Position numbers and translations under genes: made by a program. A stretch of DNA of 32,000 bases from positions 2,610,001 through 2,642,000 of the forward strand of contig NC_014972.1 in the NCBI RefSeq assembly GCF_000186885.1. The letters run 5' to 3'. The notes beneath the pieces are model-generated. The model was given only the letters and a program-made list of their open reading frames with translations, was not told where the DNA came from and ran no database searches. Within the stretch, counting starts at the first letter, position 1, and each line of letters starts with the position of its first letter. The DNA comes from Desulfobulbus propionicus DSM 2032. GTDB taxonomy: Bacteria; Desulfobacterota; Desulfobulbia; Desulfobulbales; Desulfobulbaceae. This document shows positions 8,821-17,207 of the stretch, piece by piece.

Positions 8821-8873
8821 AAAATTCATTAAAAATAATTTATGGATGTAAAAATTAATTCTGAATGAATTTT
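8821..8873. repeat. 10-bp perfect inverted repeat in AT-rich intergenic DNA
   Basis: AAAATTCATT (8821-8830) and AATGAATTTT (8864-8873), 33 nt apart. Confidence 0.6.
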
Positions 8874-9045
8874 TCTTGCCTCTCCTCTTTCTCTCGGTAA
8901 TAATCGTCGGATTACAACAACAAAGGCGAACCACCCCCGTAACGGCGGCCGCACACCGCCTGCCCTAGGGCCGCCGCTCAAGCAGCCCCAGACATTGGAT
9001 CGCCCCGATTCCGGAAAGAGTTGCGCTCCATGAAGAGGTTTCCCC

Positions 9046-9288
9046 ATGTCCATTGGCACCAAAAAACTCCAGGTTCTGCACATTCTCTCGCAAAATCTCA
9101 ACAATCCGCACCCACAGCTGGTCCGTTCCCACGATATCGCCAATCAGTTGAATCTCAGTCTCTCCGAGACCTATCTGCTCCTGAAGGTGATGAATGATCA
9201 GGGCGTTATCGAGAGCAACGTCGATCATCAGCTCTCCCTGATCACCCGCAAGGGATTGCAGTATCTCAACCGGGAGATCGCCCTGTAA
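9046..9288 (+). CDS. Small winged-helix-like protein, co-directional with the GAF-ANTAR gene
   Basis: 80 aa: HDIANQLNLSLSETYLLLKVMNDQGVIESNVDHQLSLITRKGLQYLNRE resembles an HTH plus wing. Stop is 8 nt before the next ATG. Confidence 0.6.
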   Translation: MSIGTKKLQVLHILSQNLNNPHPQLVRSHDIANQLNLSLSETYLLLKVMNDQGVIESNVDHQLSLITRKGLQYLNREIAL

Positions 9289-9296
9289 GCCGGCGC

Positions 9297-10016
9297 ATGA
9301 ACGAAAACCACCCCCAGAACTACGACCATTATATCAAGGCGCTGATGGACATCAGCCAGGCCATCACCTCGGATCTGTTTCTCGAAGATGTGTTCAAGCT
9401 GATCGTCATGGTGGTGGCCAAGGTGACCGAGGTGGACATCTGCTCCCTGTGGCTGGTGGACGAAGACGTCACGCCCCCCAAAATCCGCCTCAAGGCCACC
9501 CAGGCCATTGAACCGGAGTACGTGATCGACCGGGCGCTCAACCTGGACGAAGGCGTGGTCGGCCATGTGGTTGCCACCCAAACCCCGCTGGTGATCGCGG
9601 ATGTGCTCCAGTGCGAGATTTTCAAAGAAAAGGAAATGGCCAGGAAACTTGGCCTGGTCTCGATGGTCGGAGTGCCGCTGAAAGGGAAAAAGGATAAGAT
9701 TATCGGGGTGATCAACTGTTTCACCTCCGTGCCCCATGAATTTTCCAAGACCGATATCAACCTGCTGACCACGGTGGCCAATCAGGCGGCGGTGGCCATT
9801 CGCAACACCGAGCTGATCATCAAGACCAAGATCATCGAAGAGGAACTGAAGGCACGCAAAAAGATCGAACGAGCCAAGGAAATCATCATGGAACGCCAGT
9901 CGCTGGGCGGCGACGAGGCTTACCGCTGGATCAGAAAGCGGAGCATGGATTCGCGCAAGACCATGCTCGAGGTGGCCGAGGCCATCCTGCTCTCCAACGA
10001 GCTCTATTCGCCGTGA
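9297..10016 (+). CDS. GAF domain plus ANTAR RNA-binding antiterminator
   Basis: N-terminal GAF-like (ISQAITSDLFLEDVFKLIVMVVAKVTEVDICSLWLVDE...GVVGHVVATQTPLVIADV). C-terminal ANTAR-like ARKKIERAKEIIMERQSLGGDEAYRWIRKRSMDSRKTMLEVAEAILL. Confidence 0.88.
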   Translation: MNENHPQNYDHYIKALMDISQAITSDLFLEDVFKLIVMVVAKVTEVDICSLWLVDEDVTPPKIRLKATQAIEPEYVIDRALNLDEGVVGHVVATQTPLVIADVLQCEIFKEKEMARKLGLVSMVGVPLKGKKDKIIGVINCFTSVPHEFSKTDINLLTTVANQAAVAIRNTELIIKTKIIEEELKARKKIERAKEIIMERQSLGGDEAYRWIRKRSMDSRKTMLEVAEAILLSNELYSP

Positions 10017-10077
10017 CCCGCGCCTGCGGCCGCGGCGGGAGAAGGGAGGAAAAAGGCGGCTCGGTCACACTTACTTA

Positions 10078-10106
10078 TTGACAGATAAATTAAGTTTCAA
10101 TAAATA
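10078..10106 (+). promoter_or_regulatory. Sigma-70-like promoter of the ANTAR-type leader
   Basis: Consensus -35 TTGACA (10078-10083), exactly 17-nt spacer, weaker -10-like TAAATA (10101-10106). Confidence 0.55.
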
Positions 10107-10122
10107 ATCACCTCGAAAGACT

Positions 10123-10181
10123 GGACACACAACGGCGTGTGTTTGGTTGACTTACTGCATGACATGACAAAGGCGTCTGTC
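10123..10181 (+). promoter_or_regulatory. Candidate ANTAR-binding dual-hexaloop RNA element
   Basis: P1: GGACACAC-[AACGGC]-GTGTGTTT (10123-10144; 6 Watson-Crick + 2 GU pairs). P2: GACA-t-GAC-[AAAGGC]-GTCTGTC (10161-10181; 7 bp with one bulged T). Both hexaloops have A1 and G4. Confidence 0.75.
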
Positions 10182-10208
10182 TCCTTCCAGGGACAGGCGC
10201 CTTTTTTT
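10169..10208 (+). terminator. Intrinsic terminator/attenuator in the leader of the glutamate synthase-like gene
   Basis: AAAGGCGTCTGTC (10169-10181) pairs with GACAGGCGCCTTT (10192-10204), 13 bp with one TG wobble, extended by 10182-10183/10190-10191, loop CTTCCA, then T7 at 10202-10208. The next ORF starts about 60 nt downstream. Confidence 0.88.
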
Positions 10209-10269
10209 GTCGACATCCTGTCTGTAACCGCAACTACAGACAATTATTTAACTAATTATGAGGAAAGCC

Positions 10270-11907
10270 ATGCGATTTGCAAAAAACAACGATGTTCTGG
10301 GCACCACCAACCGAGGAAACCCTGCTGAATCCGGCCTGTGCACCCTGTGCCGCGCCGATTGCATGGGGCAGTGCGAAACCTGGAAATCCAGCCTGGTTGG
10401 CCGCAAACTGCTCTATCCGCGTGATTTCGGTGTCGTCACCGCCGGCGCCAACAACACCACCCACGTGGGCGTCTCCTACAATTCGTTGCGTATCCAGGGC
10501 TATGCCTACGGTGCCCACGGAATGGCCCAGGGCTTGTCGAGCGATCCGGACAACTGTATTTTCCCCAATGTTGACCTGACCACCGAATTTGGCAACGAGG
10601 TCAAGACCAAGAGCCGCATCCCGCTGATGACCGGCGCCCTGGGTTCGACCTTCATCGCTGCCAAGTATTGGGATTCCTTTGCCATCGGCGGCGCGCTTGT
10701 CGGTATTCCGATCGTGGTCGGCGAGAACGTGGTCGGCGTCGACAAGGCCTCGGAAATCAAGAACGGCAAGATCACCAAGGCTCCGGAACTGGATCGCCGC
10801 ATCGACACCTACCTCCGCTATTTCGACGGATTTGGCGCGATCATCGTGCAGATGAACGTGGAAGACACCCGCAATGGCGTGGCCGAGTACGTGGTCGAGA
10901 AATACGGTGACCGGTGCATCGTCGAGCTGAAATGGGGCCAGGGCGCCAAGGACATCGGCGGAGAAATTCAGGTGGCCAGCCTCGAGTACGCCCAGTTCCT
11001 CAAAAACCGTGGCTACATCGTCGATCCCGACCCGACCCTGCCGGAAGTACAGAAGGCATTTGAAAAGGGCGCGATCAAGACCTTTGCCCGCCACAGCCGG
11101 CTCGGCGGCACCAACCTCAGCACCGTGGACCTGGTGCGCGAGGACTTCATGAAATCGGTTGACTATCTGCGCAAGATCGGCTTCAAGCGCATTTCGCTCA
11201 AAACCGGCTCCTATGGCATGGAAGAACTCGCCATGGCGATCAAGTTCGCCTCCGAGGCCGGCCTTGACCTGCTGACCATCGACGGCTCCGGCGGCGGTAC
11301 CGGCATGAGCCCCTGGAACATGATGCAGAGCTGGGGCGTGCCGTCGATCAATCTCCACTCCAAGGCCTATGAGTACGCCTCCATCCTGGCCGCCCAAGGC
11401 AAGCGGGTGGTCGATCTCTCCTTTGCCGGCGGTTTTGCCCTTGAGGACAGCATCTTCAAGGGGCTGGCCCTGGGCGCGCCCTACACCAAGCTGATCTGCA
11501 TGGGCCGGGGCATCATGATTCCCGGCTTCCTTGGCTCCAACATCGAGGGCGCACTCCATCCGGAACGCCGGGAAAAACTCAACGGCAACTGGGACAAACT
11601 GCCGGCGAGCATCAGCGCCATGGGCTCGACCCCGGAAGCAATCTTCGCTTCCTACTACGATGTGGAGAAAAAGGTCGGCAAAGAGGAGATGAAGAACATC
11701 CCCTACGGCGCCATCGCCATGTGGACCATGGCCGACAAGCTGGCCTGCGGCCTGCAGCAGCTGATGGCCGGAGCACGGAAGTTCCAGATCAACAAGCTCA
11801 GCCGCAACGACCTGTTTGCCGGCAATCGGGAAACTGCACGGGAGACCGGCATTACCTACATCACCGATTCCCGCGACGAAAGCGCCAAGAAGATCCTGGC
11901 GATGTAA
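10270..11907 (+). CDS. FMN-binding glutamate synthase family protein (GltB FMN-domain-like, no amidotransferase domain)
   Basis: Start ATG 10270 preceded by AGGA (an alternative ATG lies at 10258). CTLCRADCMGQC N-terminus, TIDGSGGGTGMSPWNMMQSWGVPS, DLSFAGGFALEDSIFKGLALGAPYTKLICMGRGIMIPGF. Confidence 0.9.
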   Translation: MRFAKNNDVLGTTNRGNPAESGLCTLCRADCMGQCETWKSSLVGRKLLYPRDFGVVTAGANNTTHVGVSYNSLRIQGYAYGAHGMAQGLSSDPDNCIFPNVDLTTEFGNEVKTKSRIPLMTGALGSTFIAAKYWDSFAIGGALVGIPIVVGENVVGVDKASEIKNGKITKAPELDRRIDTYLRYFDGFGAIIVQMNVEDTRNGVAEYVVEKYGDRCIVELKWGQGAKDIGGEIQVASLEYAQFLKNRGYIVDPDPTLPEVQKAFEKGAIKTFARHSRLGGTNLSTVDLVREDFMKSVDYLRKIGFKRISLKTGSYGMEELAMAIKFASEAGLDLLTIDGSGGGTGMSPWNMMQSWGVPSINLHSKAYEYASILAAQGKRVVDLSFAGGFALEDSIFKGLALGAPYTKLICMGRGIMIPGFLGSNIEGALHPERREKLNGNWDKLPASISAMGSTPEAIFASYYDVEKKVGKEEMKNIPYGAIAMWTMADKLACGLQQLMAGARKFQINKLSRNDLFAGNRETARETGITYITDSRDESAKKILAM

Positions 11908-11923
11908 TTCCTCACCTTTTACC

Positions 11924-11952
11924 TTTCCGGGCAGGGCCTCCCTGCCCGGAAA
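11924..11952. terminator. Hairpin between convergent genes, possible bidirectional terminator
   Basis: TTTCCGGGCAGGG (11924-11936), loop CCT, CCCTGCCCGGAAA (11940-11952): perfect 13-bp stem. Confidence 0.6.
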
Positions 11953-11959
11953 CCTTGCC

Positions 11960-13270
11960 CTACCTGATTTTCACCCACAGCAGTTCGGCGACGCAGTCAC
12001 CGCTGTTCTCCCACTGTTCCGGCGTCTCCTTGCGCAGATAAATCAGATCGCCCGCTCCGGCTTCCTGGCGTTGGCCATTGACCCATACCGCTAGGCTGCC
12101 GCTGAGCAGATAACCCATTTCCTCCCCTTTGTGGCTGAAAAAGTGGTTGAACAGTTTGCAGCTCGGCTCGATTTTGAGCAAGTAGGTCTCGATGGCGGTC
12201 TCGCCGAGATCCGGAGGCAGCAGGCGAACGCCTTCCACCATGCCCTTGGGCGCCTTGTCCAGGGCCGCACCCGTCCCTTCACTGCCCCGGTACACACAGC
12301 CTTTCGCCTCTGCGGCCAGACCTTCAAAAAAAGAAGCCACCCCGATGGACAGACTCTCGGCCAGACGAAACAGGGCCGGCAGGGAGGGATAGATCAGATT
12401 TTTCTCGATCTGGGAAATACTGCTGGGGGTAACGCCGGCTTTTTCGGCCAATTCCTTTTGGGACAGGCCCTGCTTTTTGCGCACTGCCTTGATCCGGGCG
12501 CCAAGATCAAAACGGCCTGGCAGGGGGCGCGGCAGGTCAAAAACAATCTCCGTCTCCTCGCAGCTGAAGGCCTGCGGTTCGTTGAGGAACTTGGAGTCAC
12601 GCTTCTCCGCCTTGAGGATCTTCAGGGCGGGCTTACCGTTTCGTACCGACAGATCGATCGCCACCTGGGCGATTTTGTTGATGTTGGCCTTCAGGCGGCT
12701 GGAATGCGCGCCTTTTTCCACTATCCAGTACGCGATGGTATCCAGCTCGTACAAACGGGGGCAGGTACGGGCATAGAATTTGGTGACCTGCTCCTCGCCG
12801 CCCCACAGATCCTGCATGCCTGTCAGGCTGTCCATGATGAACCGGATGTCGCCGGAGAGGTTGCCGTGCAGGCCGTAAATCGCCTCGCCCACCTGGGCGG
12901 GGTTGGCTGGATCATTGACCTTGATCACCTGATAGGGCCACTGGGCGCCGTCCTTTTCGTAGAACTTGTTGAACACCCCGGAGCGGTCGCCCTTGCCGTT
13001 GGTGAAGCAGTCGAGAATGGTGAAATTCTGGCTTTCGGCCAGCGGCCCGAGAAAGGTGACCACATTTTTCGGCGAGCGGTCAAAGCTGACATAGATGATC
13101 GGCTTTTTGTGGGCCAACGACTCGCGGATGAAATGGACGCAGAAGGCTGCGGAAAAACTGCCCGCATCCTCGTACCACAGAACATTGTCGCCAATGAACA
13201 GATCGCCGAGCAGGTGATCGAGCTGGCTGATTCCGGAGGAAACCCGTTTCTTTCTGGCTGCATCGGTCAC
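11960..13270 (-). CDS. KaiC/RecA-like ATPase-fold domain fused to XRE-type HTH and cupin domain
   Basis: N-term SSGISQLDHLLGDLFIGDNVLWYEDAGSFSAAFCVHFIRESLAHKKPIIYVSFDRSP...DIRFIMDSLTGMQDLW; middle LGARIKAVRKKQGLSQKELAEKAGVTPSSISQIEKNLIYPSLPALFRLAESL; C-term cupin FNHFFSHKGEEMGYLLSGSLAVWVNGQRQEAGAGDLIYLRKETPEQWENSG. Confidence 0.85.
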   Translation of the reverse strand: MTDAARKKRVSSGISQLDHLLGDLFIGDNVLWYEDAGSFSAAFCVHFIRESLAHKKPIIYVSFDRSPKNVVTFLGPLAESQNFTILDCFTNGKGDRSGVFNKFYEKDGAQWPYQVIKVNDPANPAQVGEAIYGLHGNLSGDIRFIMDSLTGMQDLWGGEEQVTKFYARTCPRLYELDTIAYWIVEKGAHSSRLKANINKIAQVAIDLSVRNGKPALKILKAEKRDSKFLNEPQAFSCEETEIVFDLPRPLPGRFDLGARIKAVRKKQGLSQKELAEKAGVTPSSISQIEKNLIYPSLPALFRLAESLSIGVASFFEGLAAEAKGCVYRGSEGTGAALDKAPKGMVEGVRLLPPDLGETAIETYLLKIEPSCKLFNHFFSHKGEEMGYLLSGSLAVWVNGQRQEAGAGDLIYLRKETPEQWENSGDCVAELLWVKIR

Positions 13271-13279
13271 GGCCGCACC

Positions 13280-15079
13280 TTACTCGGAGGCATGGGCCAT
13301 GAGCCGCATATAGTCCTCGTGCCGGCTCATGCGGTCATCGAGCAGCTTGTTCTGGGCAAACCCGCAGGTGTGTTCCTTGCAATAGGCCCCGTCGGTGATC
13401 GAATTCATGACCATGGCCGGAATGTCGTAATGGTGGATGGTGGTGAACTTTTTCACCTTGCCCTCCTCGATGATCATGATCCGGTTCATGTGCAGACTGT
13501 CTTCCTTGTTGTTGAGATAACCGAGCTTCTGGAAACTCTTGCGGCCGTATTGCCCCGGCGGGGTGTGATCGCTGACCAGAATGATCAGACTTTTCTCGTC
13601 CAGCTCCAGCAGACGGTTCACGTACTCGGCCACCGCCTGGGAGCGGTAAAAGATTTGGTTGGCGGCCCGCTCAAGATGCTGATCTTTAAATTTAGAGAGC
13701 ATCTTCAGCACTTTGGGACGTTTCTCCTCGTTCAGCTCGTGGGGAAAGTGCCCATAGATGGTCAGGAGATAGTTGAACAGCGGCGGGCCGTCGGCCTCCT
13801 GGAGAAGGGGGGCGATGAATTCCAGATTTTGCGAAAAAATGGTGCCGTCGTACATGTAGCCCATCTCTTTGCTGGTGTCTCCCTTGATCAGGTAACTGTC
13901 GCTGCCGTTGACGTATTCCCGGGGAAAATACATCTTGGCGAACCCCATACCCTGATAGGCGTTGGGGGCGTTGAAAAAACTGGGGTTATAGGCGTTTGAC
14001 GCCATGGTCCGATAGCCGGCCGCCTGGAGCGCCCCTGGCAGGCAATAGGCGGACGCGCCGGTGAAACTGTTGAATTCGACCCCGGCAAGCTCTTCGAAGG
14101 CGGGCACACCGCACAGCACCTCGAATTCCGCCTGGGCTGTCTTGCCGCCGACCACCGGCGAGAGGGAAAAGCCCATCCTGTTGCCGAACAGTTTCTTGAA
14201 GCTGGGGTGAAAGGGATCCTTGGTGTAACTGGCGTTCTTGAACAGGGTGGGATCGAGAAAACTCTCCAGCACCACCAGGTGGACATTGCGCTTGTTGCCG
14301 TTGGCGGCGACCCAGCCGGCCAGCTGCTGGGCCTGTCGCTCATACTCGCCTCGGTCGCGATAGACCGCGGTCTTGGCCCGGGCCATCTGGCGTTCAGCCT
14401 CGCGATAGAGCAGCATCATGAAACGGCCGTTATTCTCGGCGCTGACCGCATCCGACCAGTATTCGATCGGCCGGCCCACCTTGCGGTAGGTGGCAGTGTA
14501 CTGTTCAGGATACCATTCCGCGGCCCCGATCAGCAGCACGAGCGGCAGGCCGCCGACCAGCACCAGCCAGAATTTTCGATAGTTGATCGACCAGAGAAAA
14601 TATCCCAGAGGCAGGACGACAAAGAGCACCAGCAACCCGATATACGGCAGGGAGAGCACCTTGAGCAGTTCCGGCACCTCGGCCAGCTCCGAGAAGCGAA
14701 AAACATTGCTGTACATCAGGAAATAGATGTCCTGGCCGAGATAGGCGTAAAACAGCGGCAAGGCCGCGAGCCAGGCCTGCCAGCGCGACGGCCGCAGGAT
14801 CATATTGAAATAGCAGTATAGATAGAACAGCAGGGTCAGCTCCCAGTATTCCTTCTTCAGCATGACCCCAGTGGTCTCGCCGTAGCGAAACAGCATCAGC
14901 GGTTCCATTTCGGTGAACGCCAGTACCCCGCCCAATCCACCCAGCATGAGAATGACCATGGAGTAGGCGTAGACGCCAACGAGAAACAGTGTGTAACGGT
15001 TGAACAGCAAGGAGACAGCACACAGGGAGACAGCCCGCGCCTTGAGCGCAAGTGCCGCGGAAACGCCATTGGTCGCCAT
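13280..15079 (-). CDS. LTA synthase-like membrane sulfatase / phosphoglycerol transferase family protein
   Basis: N-terminal multi-TM region. C-terminal sulfatase-fold motifs VVLESFLDPTLF, GGKTAQAEFEVLCGVPA, NYLLTIYGHFPH, IILVSDHTPPGQYG. Confidence 0.88.
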   Translation of the reverse strand: MATNGVSAALALKARAVSLCAVSLLFNRYTLFLVGVYAYSMVILMLGGLGGVLAFTEMEPLMLFRYGETTGVMLKKEYWELTLLFYLYCYFNMILRPSRWQAWLAALPLFYAYLGQDIYFLMYSNVFRFSELAEVPELLKVLSLPYIGLLVLFVVLPLGYFLWSINYRKFWLVLVGGLPLVLLIGAAEWYPEQYTATYRKVGRPIEYWSDAVSAENNGRFMMLLYREAERQMARAKTAVYRDRGEYERQAQQLAGWVAANGNKRNVHLVVLESFLDPTLFKNASYTKDPFHPSFKKLFGNRMGFSLSPVVGGKTAQAEFEVLCGVPAFEELAGVEFNSFTGASAYCLPGALQAAGYRTMASNAYNPSFFNAPNAYQGMGFAKMYFPREYVNGSDSYLIKGDTSKEMGYMYDGTIFSQNLEFIAPLLQEADGPPLFNYLLTIYGHFPHELNEEKRPKVLKMLSKFKDQHLERAANQIFYRSQAVAEYVNRLLELDEKSLIILVSDHTPPGQYGRKSFQKLGYLNNKEDSLHMNRIMIIEEGKVKKFTTIHHYDIPAMVMNSITDGAYCKEHTCGFAQNKLLDDRMSRHEDYMRLMAHASE

Positions 15080-15463
15080 TGGAATATCGAACAGGAAGTG
15101 GGAATTAGAATGAACAGGCTATGCGGCCGGAAACTATAGCCGAATCCCATCCGGATCGGCCAACGGCACATACACATCAATTTAAAATACTATCATAATG
15201 AAAGAACAATGCGTCAACATATTTTTCCCGGCACCTTCCCCCTTGAAGCCTTGAACAACAAGGGTTCGGCAGGAGCCCCCCGCCTTTTTTCCTACCACCG
15301 CGTGCCTGTCCGGAAAATGAGCGTTTGCTCTCCGGCACTGTATCCGCCCCTTTTTGCATGCAAGGCGCTGAACCTGTTTGACAAGCGAATCACGGTTCAG
15401 TAATGGTGAGCACCCATTGTTTCCATGACCACTTACCCCCTGTTTTCACCATAGGAACCGATC

Positions 15464-17104
15464 ATGACCGCGACACTCATTCAGCGTACCGCCTCGGCCT
15501 ACACCTATCCCCTGCTGATCAAAAACATGTTTCTGGCCCCGGTCGTTGACAATCCCGATCAGGAAATCGTCTACCGGGATCACCTTCGCTACACCTACCG
15601 TGACTTCCGCCAACGGGTCCACCGCCTGGCCAATGCCCTGACGGCCGTGGGGGTCAAACCGGGGGACACGGTGGCGGTGATGGATTGGGACAGCCACCGC
15701 TATCTCGAATGCTTCTTTGCCGTGCCCATGCTCGGCGCGGTGTTGCACACCATCAATGTCCGCCTCTCGCCGGAGCAGATTCTCTACACCATCGATCATG
15801 CCGAGGATGACTATCTCCTGATCAACGACGAATTCCTGCCGGTCATCGAACAGATCAAGGGCCGCATCGACACGGTCAAGCGCTATGTGCTGCTCACCGA
15901 TCTCGATAACCCGCCCGCAACCGCCATTCCCCTGGCGGGAGAATACGAGGACCTGCTCAGCCGGGCCGACGATCACTTCGACTTCGAGGATTTCGACGAA
16001 AACACCCGGGCCACCACCTTCTACACCACCGGCACCACCGGCATGCCCAAGGGGGTCTATTTCAGTCACCGGCAACTGGTACTGCACACCCTCGGCAACC
16101 TGGCGGCCTTTGGCACCGCCACGCATCAGGGACGGTTCCATCAGCAGGATGTCTACCTGCCGCTGACGCCGATGTTTCACGTCCATGCCTGGGGCATGCC
16201 CTATGTGGCCACCTCGCTTGGCGTCAAGCAGGTCTATCCGGGCAAATACGCCCCGGGCCCCATCCTGCAGCTCATCGCCCGGGAAGGCGCCACCTTTTCC
16301 CACTGCGTGCCCACCATCATGCACATGCTGATCAACCACCCCAGCTTCGAGGAGATCGACCTCTCCCGCTGGAAGGTCCTTATCGGCGGCTCGGCCCTGA
16401 CCAAGGCGATGTGCCAAAAGGTGTTGAATCGGGGCGCGGACATCTTCACCGGGTACGGCATGTCCGAAACCTGTCCGATCCTCACCGTTGCCCATGTGCA
16501 TCGCGACGACCTGGAGAGCGACGAGGAGGTCGCCCTGCGCTGCAAAACCGGCCGGCCCATCCCCCTGGTGCAACTGCGTCTGGTGGATGAACAGATGAAC
16601 GATATCCCCAAGAACGGCGAGGAGGTGGGCGAACTGGTGGTCCGCGCCCCCTGGCTGACCCAGGGATATCTCAAGGATCAACGCAACTCGGAAAACCTGT
16701 GGAAAGGCGGCTATCTACACACCGGTGACGTGGCCAATATCAATCCCGAGAACTACGTCACCATCACCGATCGGATCAAGGACGTGATCAAGACCGGCGG
16801 CGAATGGCTCAGTTCGCTGGAACTGGAGGATGTGATCGGCCTGCATCCGGCGGTGGCCGAGGTGGCGGTAATCGGCATGAGCGACAAGAAATGGGGCGAA
16901 CGGCCCCTGGCTCTGGTGGTGACGAAAAAAGACGCGACACCGCCCACGCCGCGGCAACTGGTCAGCCACATCAACCAGTTCATCGAAAAAGGGCTGCTCT
17001 CCAAGCAGGCCATGCTGCTCAAAGTGAGGGTGGTCGAGTCGATCGACAAAACCAGCGTTGGCAAGATCGACAAAAAAACACTGCGCGTCAAGCATCTGGG
17101 CTGA
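15464..17104 (+). CDS. Long-chain fatty-acid--CoA ligase (AMP-forming)
   Basis: AMP-binding motif TTFYTTGTTGMPKGVYFSHRQ, GYGMSETCPI, LHTGDVANINPENYVTITDRIKDVIKTGGEWLSSLELED, GKIDKKTLR. Confidence 0.93.
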   Translation: MTATLIQRTASAYTYPLLIKNMFLAPVVDNPDQEIVYRDHLRYTYRDFRQRVHRLANALTAVGVKPGDTVAVMDWDSHRYLECFFAVPMLGAVLHTINVRLSPEQILYTIDHAEDDYLLINDEFLPVIEQIKGRIDTVKRYVLLTDLDNPPATAIPLAGEYEDLLSRADDHFDFEDFDENTRATTFYTTGTTGMPKGVYFSHRQLVLHTLGNLAAFGTATHQGRFHQQDVYLPLTPMFHVHAWGMPYVATSLGVKQVYPGKYAPGPILQLIAREGATFSHCVPTIMHMLINHPSFEEIDLSRWKVLIGGSALTKAMCQKVLNRGADIFTGYGMSETCPILTVAHVHRDDLESDEEVALRCKTGRPIPLVQLRLVDEQMNDIPKNGEEVGELVVRAPWLTQGYLKDQRNSENLWKGGYLHTGDVANINPENYVTITDRIKDVIKTGGEWLSSLELEDVIGLHPAVAEVAVIGMSDKKWGERPLALVVTKKDATPPTPRQLVSHINQFIEKGLLSKQAMLLKVRVVESIDKTSVGKIDKKTLRVKHLG

Positions 17105-17149
17105 ACGCGCGCCCTCCGACTCTGGAGGCCGACGCCAGCCCCTCCCCAG

Positions 17150-17189
17150 CGGGAGAAAGGCCGCCATCGTCGTCGCGGCCGTTCTCCCG
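17150..17189. terminator. Hairpin between convergent acyl-CoA ligase and SulP genes
   Basis: CGGGAGAAAGGCCGC (17150-17164) pairs with GCGGCCGTTCTCCCG (17175-17189), 15 bp with one mismatch. No long T-tract. Confidence 0.5.
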
Positions 17190-17207
17190 TGCGCCCGTAG
17201 CGATTCA

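Noticed and set aside
8944-8975. GGCGGCC...GGCCGCC pairing upstream of the small wHTH gene as a second ANTAR site
   Set aside because: No hexaloop with A1/G4 and no paired hairpin or terminator arrangement.
10252-11559. 435-aa minus-strand ORF over the glutamate-synthase-like gene
   Set aside because: Shadow frame of a well-supported gene.
12131-13999. 622-aa plus-strand ORF, the longest of the antisense ORFs
   Set aside because: Fully antisense to the KaiC-XRE-cupin and LTA-synthase-like genes. Its composition is that of a GC-rich shadow frame, with no recognisable motif.
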